The translations under genes were made by a program, and so were the position numbers. Positions 12,871-26,232 of a stretch of 64,000 nt of DNA are shown one piece after another; the stretch's first letter is position 1, and each line of letters begins with the position of its first letter. This DNA comes from Lepidodermella squamata. Lineage: Eukaryota; Animalia; Gastrotricha. The stretch is taken from assembly GCA_047495785.1 (NCBI GenBank), contig JBLDXI010000013.1:1984001-2048000 (forward strand). Reading direction: 5' to 3'. Under the pieces are notes generated by a model that saw nothing but the letters and a program-made list of their open reading frames with translations, made no database searches and was not told the origin of the DNA.

Positions 12871-14944
12871 ATGTCACGTTTATTCTATCTTACATCTGTA
12901 GTAAATGTTCTCTTAATCGAGGTTGCCCTGGGGCACCCTGAATACCAGCAACTCATCCCAAATGGGAACAAAATCCCATCACCATGTGATCCTAGCGATA
13001 TTTGGCAGGGCGTGGGCCATGAGATGCTCTACGGGCCAGGTTACTTAATAAAGAGCCAAAAGCCATATTTAATCCTATTTTTCTAAAAAAGGTCCACTCA
13101 ATAGGTTCGGCCGAGCATTCCTTGCTAACAAGAAATCTTGGACTAAAAGCTTCTGTCAGGCTGACTCCGATGGTGATGGCAAGACTAACGGCGAGGAGTT
13201 GGGTGATCCTAACTGCGTTTGGACAAAGGGCGCCACCCCTCAAGTGACAGATCGAAGCAAATTATCCCATCCCGGAGTCTGCGAACCGGTTGGATCTCCC
13301 AAGTGCCAAGATGATGTTCGTTTTCTGCGTGATATTGACGCTTGTAAGAAGGTGCTGAATGACTCGAGTGATTGGTGCCCAGCTATCAGAGCTGCCGATG
13401 TCAAAACGCTGACTATTCGCTTTACCGAGACGACAATACCTAGCATTGAAACAAACTATTTCTGCCAAACGTTTCAAACCCCAGCCGATCAAGACTACCA
13501 CATAATTGCCGTAAGTTTGTGGGTACAACTTGTGTTGTACCATAACAATTTCCCTCCGTTATCCTATCTAGTGGGAGCCGATAATCGATAATCCTGAGGT
13601 GATGCATCATCTCATTCTATTCATCTGCGACACGCCAGCTCAAGAAGCCCAGATAAATAAGACTGGCAACTATTCATTGCCTATTGAATGCGGAATCGCT
13701 CCTTCTGAGTGTCTGAGCCAAAATATCGGCTGGGCTTTCGGCAGGAAGGGCCGTTGCTTCCCTCCCGAGGCTGGCATGACAATGGGCAAGAACAACTACC
13801 GAAAAGTTATCATGCAAATTCACTACAATAATCCAATGCTTAAATCTGGCCTGCGAGATGCTTCCGGGCTGAAAATTTACTACACACCGAGACTACGTCA
13901 GCACAGCATCGCAGTTTTTAGGCCTGGCCAAGCTGACATTTCAATTCCTCCACTTTCACCGAGAACAACCGTGATAAGTCGTACATTTCAGTCGCCCAAC
14001 TGCAGCCAGCGACTTCTTGGCGGCAACGCTACGTCTTACAAACTCATAAGCATCCAGATGCATATGCACAAAATAGGAAGACGAGCGAGGCTTACGATGG
14101 AGAAGGCCAACGGGACTAAAGTCGTCATATTCAACGAAATTTACTACTACGACCGTCCGACTGTTATTACATGGTCGCCGGCTGAGGCCATGGAAATTGT
14201 GCCTGGTGACAATTTTGTTCTTGAGTGTCAGTTTTCAGCTGAAGATCGCGAGACATGGACACATTTCGGGAAAAATACGGCGGATGAGATGTGCCTGATT
14301 GGCCTGCAGGTAATTTATAGGTCAAGAGTACAGACTTAAGCATTTCTATTCCGAATCTACTCTAGGTTTTCCCTCGGCCTAATGAGAAGAACTTCATCGA
14401 GGGCGGCACTTTCAGCAAGATCGATCAATGTGCCTTGCGGAGTTCTGCAGTTACCAGAAGCAGACTATGCCCGCCTCTTGCCCCGATTATCGATTCGATG
14501 CGAAATGATACGAGTTTGATCAGTGTTTGTAACAACCCCATGACTTCTAGCTCGAAAAGCTGCTGCGAGTGAGAGTCTTGAAAATTAATCATGCAAAACA
14601 TCGCCGATTTTGTCATTTAATACAGATTTTTGACGCGCAATAATTTCACCAACTACCCTTGTCTGTACACAGCCTCGGCAGAGGTGGTGAAGCGATTGCT
14701 TGGCAATAGTACAAATATCAAGACGCTAAACAATGTCCATGCGAACATGATGAGGTGCATCAACGATGTTGTTTACGGTGCTTCGTACACTGAACTTGGG
14801 GATGAAATCGATGATGCCGAGGTGGTTGAGCCTAAAACGCTGGATGCAAACGATCGCAACAGTTCGCCGAAAATAGTTGGAAACATGCATTGGCTAACCA
14901 GTTTTGCGGCTATTTTGTCAACTTTCGTCTTGTATTTATACTGA
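12871..14944 (+). CDS. Temptin + Cu type II monooxygenase, copy B; GPI-type C-terminus (5 exons)
   Basis: MSRLFYLTSVVNVLLIEVALG signal peptide, DSDGDGKTNGEELGDP, MHH/IHY/HMH/EMC ligands, same four intron positions as copy A. Confidence 0.9.
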
Positions 14945-16058
14945 AATCAAGCTTTCTTGAAGGACTGCTTACAATCATCAATCATTCCAAAATTCATTTT
15001 CAATGACTTTCGATTCTTCAATAATCCATCTTTTGATTATTGAAACAAATGAAATTAATTATCCCGCTTTTATTACAGATATATAGTTTCGAATACTTTA
15101 GTACATGCAATCATTAAGGGGGCAACGGAAAACCTATCGCAACAAAAATGAATCTTTCATTAAGCTCTATTAACGTGAAGTTATCTTCCAATGACTGTCG
15201 TTTTTCGAACAATCTATCGAACAATCTATCATTTTGCTTTACCCGAATAAAGGCTTTATTCTATTTCATTTTATTTCGGATTCTTCTTGATTAAAATTTT
15301 GATTATCTCTCTTATTTTCGGGCCTCGTGGTCGCTGTCGAGCTCGGAGACTCAGACGGTCTTAGCAGAGGGGTCAACTTGATTTAATTCGTACGTAGCTA
15401 TATTTATCATCATCATCGCCTGTGGAAGTTAAGCAAAGTTGAAGAAGGATTTAATTGCTTAAATTGAGAGTACTTTCATATAAGCCCGGGGCCATAGATT
15501 CATAGAAGCCCGGTCTCTTTTATTGTGTTTGCAAAAACGTTAAAATTTCGAAAAATTTGAGGATTAAAGAGAATTAATAAATAAATGCTAAGCGAAATCA
15601 TGAACGTGTATATATTAAATGCGAAATCTTCACACCTGGCCACAATTTCAGGATCATCTATTCCCCATGATGCCCCTCATCTTGCAGAAAAATAATGTCC
15701 CTCTGTCTAATTTTAGCTTAAAATTGTCGGAAACTGTAGTTGATTTTTTGAGTTTTCGATAGTACTAGGTTCAGCAGGCTCGATTGTGAGAATTGCGAGA
15801 AATTTTTCTGTCTGCTTACCACCACTCATGTAAGAGATGCAACCTCATCGAGCCGTCCTACATTTGAGATTCACGCCGGAGAACAAATTGTGAATATTCT
15901 CTCTGTGCCCCGTTACAATGCCATGTAGCCATAAAATATCGTGGCTTGAGGGTCGATTCTATTGACAAGCATATAGGTGCACTACCTGAACTATGCTATA
16001 AAACAGAGCTCAGTTGATAATTTTGACAAGAGCTGCAGTGAAAACAAAAACTCAGAAA

Positions 16059-18145
16059 ATGGAGAAAATGTCACGTTTATTTTATCTTACATCTGTGGTA
16101 AATTTGCTCTTAATCGAGGTTGCTCTAGGGCACCCTGAATACCAGCAGCTCATCCCAAATGGGAACAAAATCCCATCACCATGTGATCCTACCGATACCT
16201 GGCAAGGCTTGGGTCATGAAATGACCTCTGGGCCAGGTTAATTGATTAATTAAACCATGTTAAATCATCTCAACTTATTATAAAAGGTCCGCTTAACAAG
16301 TTTGGCCGAGCTTTTCTTGCTAACAAGAAATCTTGGACAAAAAGCCTCTGCCAGGCTGACTCTGACGGCGATGGCAAGACTAATGGCGAGGAGCTGGGTG
16401 ATCCTAACTGCATTTGGAAAAAGGGAGCAACCCCTCAAGTGACAGATGGAAGCAAGTTATCCCATCCTGGAATTTGTGAACCGGTTGGATCTCCCAAGTG
16501 CCAAGATGATGTTCGTTTTCTGCGTGATATTGACGCTTGTAAGAAGGTGCTGAATGACTCGAGTGATTGGTGCCCAGCTATCAGAGCTGCCGATGTCAAA
16601 ACGCTGACTATTCGCTTTACCGAGACGACAATACCTAGCATTGAAACAAACTATTTCTGCCAAACGTTTCAAACCCCAGCCGATCAAGACTACCACATAA
16701 TTGCCGTAAGTTTGTGGGTACAACTTGTGTTGTACCATAACAATTTCCCTCCGTTATCCTATCTAGTGGGAGCCGATAATCGATAATCCTGAGGTGATGC
16801 ATCATCTCATTCTATTCATCTGCGACACGCCAGCTCAAGAAGCCCAGATAAATAAGACTGGCAACTATTCATTGCCTATTGAATGCGGAATCGCTCCTTC
16901 TGAGTGTCTGAGCCAAAATATCGGCTGGGCTTTCGGCAGGAAGGGCCGTTGCTTCCCTCCCGAGGCTGGCATGACAATGGGCAAGAACAACTACCGAAAA
17001 GTTATCATGCAAATTCACTACAATAATCCAATGCTTAAATCTGGCCTGCGAGATGCTTCCGGGCTGAAAATTTACTACACACCGAGACTACGTCAGCACA
17101 GCATCGCAGTTTTTAGGCCTGGCCAAGCTGACATTTCAATTCCTCCACTTTCACCGAGAACAACCGTGATAAGTCGTACATTTCAGTCGCCCAACTGCAG
17201 CCAGCGACTTCTTGGCGGCAACGCTACGTCTTACAAACTCATAAGCATCCAGATGCATATGCACAAAATAGGAAGACGAGCGAGGCTTACGATGGAGAAG
17301 GCCAACGGGACTAAAGTCGTCATATTCAACGAAATTTACTACTACGACCGTCCGACTGTTATTACATGGTCGCCGGCTGAGGCCATGGAAATTGTGCCTG
17401 GTGACAATTTTGTTCTTGAGTGTCAGTTTTCAGCTGAAGATCGCGAGACATGGACACATTTCGGGAAAAATACGGCGGATGAGATGTGCCTGATTGGCCT
17501 GCAGGTAATTTATAGGTCAAGAGTACAGACTTAAGCATTTCTATTCCGAATCTACTCTAGGTTTTCCCTCGGCCTAATGAGAAGAACTTCATCGAGGGCG
17601 GCACTTTCAGCAAGATCGATCAATGTGCCTTGCGGAGTTCTGCAGTTACCAGAAGCAGACTATGCCCGCCTCTTGCCCCGATTATCGATTCGATGCGAAA
17701 TGATACGAGTTTGATCAGTGTTTGTAACAACCCCATGACTTCTAGCTCGAAAAGCTGCTGCGAGTGAGAGTCTTGAAAATTAATCATGCAAAACATCGCC
17801 GATTTTGTCATGTAATACAGATTTTTGACGCGCAATAATTTCACCAACTACCCTTGTCTGTACACAGCCTCGGCAGAGGTGGTGAAGCGATTGCTTGGCA
17901 ATAGTACAAATATCAAGACGCTAAACAATGTCCATGCGAACATGATGAGGTGCATCAACGATGTTGTTTACGGTGCTTCGTACACTGAACTTGCTGATGA
18001 AATCGACGATGATAGCGCTGAGGTGACTGAGCCTAAAACGTTGGATGTTAGCAATCAAAACAGTTCACCTATATCTGCTGGAAACATGCGTTGGCTGACC
18101 AGCTTTGCGGCCATTGTGACAATTTTCGTCTCGTATTTCAACTGA
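16059..18145 (+). CDS. Temptin + Cu type II monooxygenase, copy C; GPI-type C-terminus (start may be 16068)
   Basis: Same motifs and introns as copy B. 16478-17993 is essentially identical to 13283-14798. Confidence 0.9.
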
Positions 18146-19116
18146 AATCGAGCCTTCTTGAAGGACTGTTAACAATCATTGTTAAATTCGCTCTAAATGA
18201 CTTTCGATTTTTCAATAGTCCATCTTGATTATATTGAAAAAAATGAAATGAATATTCCCCTTTTTACCACTGGTTATTCCGAATATTTCACTACAGGCAA
18301 CTGTGCAACGATGTCAATCATTAACGAGGCTAAGGAAAACGTATCGCAACTGAAAAGAATCATTCTTGAAGACAAATGACATCTTCTCATGACTTTCCAT
18401 TTTTCAATAATAATCTATCATCTTGCTAATTACCCGAATAAAGGCTTTATTTAATTTTTGTTGTATATTTTACTTGAATATACTTGAATATACTTGAAAC
18501 TGCGAATAATCGCTCGATTCATAGAAGCCCGGGCTTTTGTTGATGTTTTTTGCAAAAACGTTAAAATTTCGAAAAATTGATGCGTAAATGCGTAAATCGC
18601 GATATGAAACTAATGAATCATCATCTAAGGTTAAAACAATAAGCTACGGGTTACTTATTCTACCATATTATACCATATTCACAAGGTGTTGAACACGAGC
18701 TCTTTACAGAAAACAATTACCTGGCTTATTCATGCGACTTGTGAGGCATTATTATATATAATGCTAGATGAATCACATCAGCTATATATTCCGAATAAGA
18801 CTACCTAAATGCTGGTTTTTCAGCTTATTCCTTTTGCTGCTAGTGTGCAGCTGCATATGATTCAGCAGAAAGAAAATGAAGAACATCAAGCAGAAGCTGA
18901 ATAGGATAAAAGTAAAAAAAACAGGCAAAAAAACCTGGGCACGTGATCAACATGGCTATTGAAATTTGTGTACAGCGTACAGTGTACAGTATAAAAGGTA
19001 AGATCGGAGACAAAAAGCTGTCTCGTTCGAGCACGCTGTATTTAAGGGTAACTCTGAGAACACATAGTTCACATCTTTTAATACAGCCTCGCCTGATAGA
19101 GAAAACACTTAAAATA

Positions 19117-21217
19117 ATGTTAATATACCAAGCATTGATATTAGCTGCTATCAATGCGATTGTTATCGCGCATCCTGAATATCAGCAACTCATCCCAAAC
19201 GGGAACAAAATCCTATCACCTTGTGACCCTAGTGAAACCTGGGAAGGCTTGGGCCATGAAATGACTTCAGGGGCAGGTAACTTCATTATGAGCAAGAAAA
19301 TACCCTACTAAATCCCAACTTCTTAAAAGGTCCACTGAACAAGTTTGGCCGAGCTTTTATGGCGAATAAAAAGGTTTGGTCTAAAAGCCTCTGCCAGGCG
19401 GATTCAGACGGCGATGGAAGGACCAATGGCGAGGAGTTGGGGGATCCTAACTGCGTCTGGACAAAGGGCGCTACCCCTCAAGTGACAGATCGAAGCAAAT
19501 TATCCCATCCCGGAATCTGCGAACCGGTTGGATCTCCCAAGTGCCAAGATGACATTCGATTTCTGCGCGATGTTGACGCTTGTAAAAAAATCTTAAACGA
19601 TACAAGCGATTGGTGCCCACCAATTAAGGCAACAGACGTCAAAACGTTGATTTTACGCTTCAACGAGACGACGATTCCCGCCATCGAAACAAACTACTTT
19701 TGCCAGACTTTGGAAGTCCCGGCAGACCAGGATTACCATATCATTGCGGTATGTCAACTTGGTGTTTCAAATTTCGCAAATCATCAGATTTGACTTTCAG
19801 TGGGAGCCAATAATCGATAATCCACAGGTGATGCATCATCTCATTGTTTTCATCTGCGACACACCAGCTCAAGAAGCCCTGATAAACAAAACGGGCAATT
19901 ATACCGTGCCAACTGAATGCGGACTAGAACCATCTGAGTGTCAGAGCCAAAATATTCTCTGGGCGTTTGGAATGAAAGGTCGTTGCTTCCCACCCGAGGC
20001 CGGCATGACAATGGGTAAGAGCAACTATCGAAAAGTGATCATGCAAATTCACTACAACAACCCAATGTTGAAATCTGGCCTGCGCGATGCTTCCGGGTTG
20101 AAAATTTACTACACAACCAGTTTGAGAAAGCATAACATCGCAAATTTTCGACTTGGTCAGGGTGACATTTCAATTCCTCCACTTTCACCGAGAACAACGA
20201 TAATCAGCCGTACGTTTCAATCGCCCAACTGCAGCCAGCGACTACTCGGCGGCAATTACACGTCTTACAAACTCATCAATTTGCTTATGCATATGCACAA
20301 AATAGGAAGACGAGCGAGACTTACAATAGAGAAGGCTAACGGGACAAAGGTCGTCATTTTCAATGAGATGTATTACTACCACCGACCAACTATGATTACC
20401 TGGGCGCCGGCTGAGGCATTGGAAATCGCACCTGACGACAATCTTGTTATCGAGTGTCAGTTTTCAGCTGGAGATCGCGAGACATGGACTCATTTCGGGA
20501 AAAATACGGCGGACGAGATGTGCATGATTGGCCTGGAGGTAATTTAATTTATATCTAAATTTTGTAATTTATATCAAAAATAAATAAAATTATGCATTTC
20601 AATTCCGAATTCTAGATCTTCCCTCGGCCAAATGGGATGAACTTTATCGATGGCGGCACGTTCAACAAAATGGATAAATGTATCTTGCAGAGTCTTCCAG
20701 TTGCTAGTAGCAGTGGCTGTCCGCCTCCTGACTTGATCATCGCTTCGATGCGAAACGATACGAGTTTGATCAGCGTTTGTAACGACCAGTTGAATTCTAC
20801 CTCAAAACGCTGCTGCGAGTGAGTGCTTTGAAGATGAATAATCGCAAGCAATATTGCCGATTTCTCTTTCAATACAGCTTTTTAACGCGAAATCATTTTT
20901 ACAAGTTCCCTTGTCTGTACTCAGCTTCGGCAGACGTGGTGAAGCGATTACTTGGCAATAATAGTACAAATATCAAGACGCTTAACAATGTACACGCGAA
21001 TATGATGAGGTGTATCAACGACAATGTTTACGGTGCTTCGTACACTGAACTTGCGGATGAAATCGATGATGATAGCGCTGAGGAGACTGAGCCTAAAACG
21101 CTGGATGTTAGCGATCGAAACAGTTCACCCAAAAGTGTTGGAAAAATGCATTTTCCTTGGCATTGGCTGACCTGCTTTACGGCCATTTTACCAATTTTCG
21201 TCTCGTATTTCAACTGA
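19117..21217 (+). CDS. Temptin + Cu type II monooxygenase, copy D; GPI-type C-terminus
   Basis: MLIYQALILAAINAIVIA signal peptide, temptin motif, MHH/IHY/HMH/EMC, four short introns as in A-C. Confidence 0.9.
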
Positions 21218-21583
21218 AATGAATCTTTTTGGAGCCCTAATTAACAAATAATTCACTCTATAAATGATTTTCGATTTTTCAAAAATCTATCTCGCTAATT
21301 ATAGATGAAGTAAATACCTATTCTAGCTTTCACAAATGATTCAAATGATTATTCCGAATATCTCAGTACAACTGTGCAACGATATCAATCATTAAAGAGG
21401 AAAACGCAAACCACAACCTAAGACGGTGAAAAAATCAAAGGAATGCCGCTCTCTGCTGAAATTCATGCATCACCGCAAATTATTTTTGGTACACATCGTA
21501 AACAAACCGATAAGTACAATTACTCCCAGTCCAGTCAGATTTTTTCGGGGCACTCAATTATTTCGATGGAATAAAAAACAGGA

Positions 21584-23456
21584 ATGTCGAATGTAATAGT
21601 TGTAATTGTATTTCTGCAATCCTTTCAATTCGGGAATTGTTACCCCATTTTCCAAAGCCGCGTTCCGAATGGAAATAGAATACGATCACCGTGCGATGGA
21701 GACAAAAGCTGGCAAGGTAATTTTCAGGAAAAAAACCGAAAATTTATATGTCATGGAAAATGTTAAAAAGGTGTCGGTCATAAGATGATGCCAGGCGGAG
21801 GTCCGTTGAATAAATTCGGCCGTGATTTCCTCACCAACGGGAAAATTTGGTCATCAAGAATTTGCCAACTCGACAGCGACGGTGATGGTAGAACGAACGG
21901 CGAAGAACTGGGCGATCCCCACTGCACTTGGTCCCCAGGTTCTGATCCTAATATCACTGATATAAGTCAGTTGAGTCACCCTGGAATCTGCGAACCGGTC
22001 AACTCAACCCGATGCATTGAACTAAATGGGAACATGTTGCTTGATATTCAATCATGCCGTCAATTGCTGGGACAAGCTTTCAATGACTCATGGTGCCCGC
22101 CTATTCAGGATTCGGCCGTCAAGACACTTTCGTTCACCTTTAACGATATTGAACTCCCAGCCCAGGAAACTACTTACTATTGCCAGACATTCAATGTACC
22201 TGCCGATCGAGATTATCAAATTATCGCCGTGAGTTTTGACTATTTTTTAGAAATTACTACCTGATGTGATATTAAAAGTGGGAAGCAATTATCTCGAATC
22301 CGGAGGTAATGCATCACATGATTGTCTTCATCTGCGACTCGCCGGAAGCTGAAGCTAGGATTCAAGCAACTGGCAACTATCGGAATCCTACTCAGTGTGG
22401 TTTGATCGTACCTGAATGCCGTAGCGAAAACATGGTCTGGAGCATTGGCTTACAGCCAATTTGCATGGGCAACGAGACAGGCTACCTAATGGGCGCGTCA
22501 ACCTATCGAACGATCATCGTTCAGATCCACTACAACAACCCGTTTTTGAAGAGCGGCCTTCGAGATTCGTCCGGCCTAAAAATCTACTACGAACCAAAGA
22601 GGCGCCGTTATGATACTGGCGTTATTCGCGCGGGCCAGGTTGACCTTCACATTGCGCCTCGCGTTTCAAGGTCACGCGTCATCAGTCGCGCATTTTCGAA
22701 GCGAACGTGCCGCGAAAATAGGCTAAAAGGGCTCGATCGTTATGCGATAACTTACCTTCTAGTTCACATGCACAAATTCGGTCGATACGACCGTGTTGTT
22801 ATCGAGAAAGCAAATGGGACGAATATCACGATTCACGAGGGTTCTTTCGACTACTACAAGCCTAACGTTATCATTTGGTCAGATCCAGCGGAAAGGCCTA
22901 TCCTAGAGCCGGGGGATAATATCCTAGTCGAATGCAACTATTCAACGATGGATAAGCCGGGGGGTGTCGAGGCTGATTGGACACACTTCGGTGGAAGCCT
23001 CCAGCAAGAAATGTGTGTTGTCTACATTGGTGTCCAAAATCGCCCGCCGAATTCGAATTACGTCGATTTGCTTCACGGAGGCTATGTAATTATTTAAACT
23101 TAATTAGTCTATCATTTTATCGGCAATTTTCTCAGATCGATATCTGCGAGTATGAAGATGTCGCCAGATTTCAATGGGCGTTTTTCGACTTTTGCCCATT
23201 GTCTGAAGTCTTTCGAATCATCGGGTCAATGGGAAACGACGTAGTTGGCCTTGTTGCCAAGTGCACAAAGCCAGGCGAATATGTCTCAGAATGTTGCAGT
23301 TATTTGGAAAAGCACGATTTTTATTCATTCACATGCCCGTATTTTCTGGCGTTTCAGGCGGTTCAACTGTTAGTGGACGACTCTTTGACGATTGAGGGCC
23401 AACAGCTTCGAGGAATTGTTCACGTCAATATGATGAATTGTATCGCCGAACATTGA
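21584..23456 (+). CDS. Temptin + Cu type II monooxygenase, copy E (divergent; no hydrophobic C-tail)
   Basis: Signal peptide, CQLDSDGDGRTNGEELGDPHCTW, MHH, QIHYNN, HMH, QEMC. Introns at WQG|VGH, IIA|WE and GGY|IDIC. Confidence 0.85.
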
Positions 23457-23727
23457 AAAATCGAAAGTAAAAATCGATTCTAGTATTAATAGCGATTATT
23501 GATTATGCGTCTCCCGATTCTCATAGCGAGAAAGAGCCCGAAATCGACCCAACAGCCGCCACTTTGCAACCTGACCTGTGTGCCTAGACTCGGAAAACGT
23601 TAATTGTCTAAAAAAGATTTTTTACAAAAATAAAAACAAAATAAAAATGTAAAAATATACTTTATTTCATAATTTATAATCTGTTTACATTCATGAACAA
23701 ATGAGCGAAATTTATCACACAGACTAA

Positions 23728-24810
23728 TTATTTGTCGTAAAGCCATGGACCCTCGCCAATCTTTGCTTTGGACAAGAACCCTTCCCAATCGGTTCCCCAA
23801 GAATAACCACTGTATTGAATCGTGTAAGCCTTCGGGAATAACTTTTTGCACTCAGTTTCATTCTGCTCACTCGACTTGCCAAAACACACCTTGCCAACAG
23901 GGGTTTCGCCCAGTTTCCAGTGGTAGGGGAAAATCAAACCGGGCTCGAGAATCCTTATGTCCCCAATGACGGATGAGCAATTCTGGGGTTTGCCTAAGAT
24001 CGGTTTGCCAAGGGTTTCAGGCTTCAGAGCGATAAAAGTTTCAAGGGCTTGATACAGAACAACTGGCCCAGTGACAAACTCGGGCCTAACATTTATCGGG
24101 TATTTAATCGCCGCATCCTGCGACCTCATCAACGCCAATAGCCATAGTTGATGCCCAGGTCGGGACATGAACCAAGCCGGTGGAATATTGTGACGACTCG
24201 CGCTACACTCCATGTAACCAAGAATCACCGACTGAGCCTTGTTTTTGAAAAGGAAATCGAGTTTTCTAAGTGGCTCAACGTCCAGATCAGCATACATCCC
24301 GCCGTATCGATGCATAAGGATGTAACGAATCACGTCGGAACGCATCACCCCGACTGGAAAAGCGTCGTAGGTATCGAGAAACCATGGGTAGTACTTGGCG
24401 ACTAGGGCTCGATTCTCTTCATCGGTCCATAAGTGGTGATGCCAATCGGGATGGAAGTTGAGCCAGGCCTGGCGATAGGTTTTGTACTTCGGAGGTGGAT
24501 CGTTGTTCTTCCAGGTTTGGTGGAGGATTTTCGGGATCATCTTCAAGGCTTTGAACTTCGCAGCTACCGCATCCATCGCTTTGTCCAACTCGTCGAATGT
24601 GAGGTCCATGTCAGCTTTTGCTTGGACTGGACTTATTGTAGGAGTTGCTGCGTTGTTTGTGGTCTGAGCGTCACTTTTCCCGTAGTAGAAAGTGCGAACC
24701 GGTTCTGGCATTGATATGACGTTGAATGCTTGTAGGATGGTTACAATTACAGCCGCCAGTACGACGCCAACAAGCATCAGGGCCCCATTCGAGCTGCGAT
24801 CGACCACCAT
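23728..24810 (-). CDS. GT32 DXD glycosyltransferase (Sur1/Och1-like mannosyltransferase type), type II membrane, intronless
   Basis: N-terminal TM (LMLVGVVLAAVIVTILQAF), IPKILHQTWK, LWTDEE, RSDVIRYILMHRYGGMYADLDVEPLR, FVTGPVVL. Start placed at the first ATG (24810). Confidence 0.85.
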   Translation of the reverse strand: MVVDRSSNGALMLVGVVLAAVIVTILQAFNVISMPEPVRTFYYGKSDAQTTNNAATPTISPVQAKADMDLTFDELDKAMDAVAAKFKALKMIPKILHQTWKNNDPPPKYKTYRQAWLNFHPDWHHHLWTDEENRALVAKYYPWFLDTYDAFPVGVMRSDVIRYILMHRYGGMYADLDVEPLRKLDFLFKNKAQSVILGYMECSASRHNIPPAWFMSRPGHQLWLLALMRSQDAAIKYPINVRPEFVTGPVVLYQALETFIALKPETLGKPILGKPQNCSSVIGDIRILEPGLIFPYHWKLGETPVGKVCFGKSSEQNETECKKLFPKAYTIQYSGYSWGTDWEGFLSKAKIGEGPWLYDK

Positions 24811-25282
24811 TTCTGATTGGTTATTTATGGGCTCAAAGTTGAAATCACTGGTTATCGATGAATGTGATTTTATTATTTTTGAACACGCAAGCACGTGGCG
24901 CCCGGGCGCACGTTTAGAGTGATTTATATTCGTAAAACATCAGGATAAAAATGAATGAAAATCACGTGCATTTTTGGGCCTATATTTGGGGATACGTTCA
25001 TTTTCAAAATTTCAATCTCAAATGTCAGATTATGATGTCAGGATTTTTCGTCATTTTTCGAGGGATCTCGCTTTCTGGTATACTCTGGTACATATCTATT
25101 AACGCCCATCCACTTTTAATTTCGTGAAGTGGCAGTATAATATGCGCGTGAGTGTCCAGTCTCTTATTATTTTTCTGTGACCGAAAAATGTAGGTATTGC
25201 AATTAACCCAAAAAATAAATAACCCGCCTTAATAATTGGCCTCGTTTTATAATGAACAAAATTCCGATCACAAAAAATCATA

Positions 25283-26232
25283 ATGCAACCACAAACTCGT
25301 ATTCGGTCTCCGTTCGAAAAGCTACCGAATGAGATTTTGTGGCTAATTTTCAGGAATTTAGACATATCAAAACTCCTTTCAACTTGCCGTTCCGTTTGCC
25401 ACAGGTTTTCCATAGTTTAGCTCAGATTATTCAGCTTAACAGCTATTTTTCGAATAGGTGGAACGTTTTTCTGTCATCAACCGACTTTTGGGCTAAAACG
25501 CTCACGTCGATTCTCGGCAACGAATGCTTCCAAGAACTTTTGGAAAACGCTTCTAAACCAAGGACGTTGTCAATGTGGGACAGGGTGACTGCAAAATTAA
25601 AAGAACGGCATTTTTCCGGTGAATCACGGCCAACAACAAAAATGCTTCGGAATCTCAGTGCTCTATTCGGACATGAATTTGTATTCCGTCACCGATTCTT
25701 AGACGTTTATCGAGGTTCAGATTTGCGCTGCAGGAGATTGGCCACATTTTCCGGGCCCATACCACGGCCGGTTCAAGCCTCGCGAAACTACCAGGCGATG
25801 CGGAGTGAGGACAGAAGCCGGGCAGTTTTCGGTCGACCTTATTGCTTAGTTGTCGATAACGCGCGTATGTCAGTGAAAGTCATCAATTTACGCAAAATCC
25901 TGCCAGCCTGGCAAAGTTTCACTGCGATTAGGCCTAAAATTCAGCTGCGATTAGCCGTTCGCTTCACTGGCGAGAAGCCTAATCTGCCAATTGTTAGGTT
26001 CACTTTAATGTGTTTGGATGAGTCACTAATAGTTACGCGGCACAAATTGGCCTTCACTGACACCAAACTGGTACTCGAGGCGTATGAAGCTGAGACGCTG
26101 AATTATTTGATTGTTGGCGGACTGCCGCATGATTCACCGGTTGAATTGGAAATGCGGATTTTGCCTGAACCAATTATTGTTGGCAACAAATCGACACTGA
26201 CAGTGATCTCTGTTGTGCGGTCTATGCTGTAA
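25283..26232 (+). CDS. F-box protein (2 exons; F-box split by intron, missed by ORF track)
   Basis: ATG 25283 and intron 25405-25457 (GTTTTC..GAATAG) give FEKLPNEILWLIFRNLDISKLLSTCRSVCHR|WNVFLSSTDFW, a canonical F-box. The C-terminal part is unrecognised. Confidence 0.8.
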
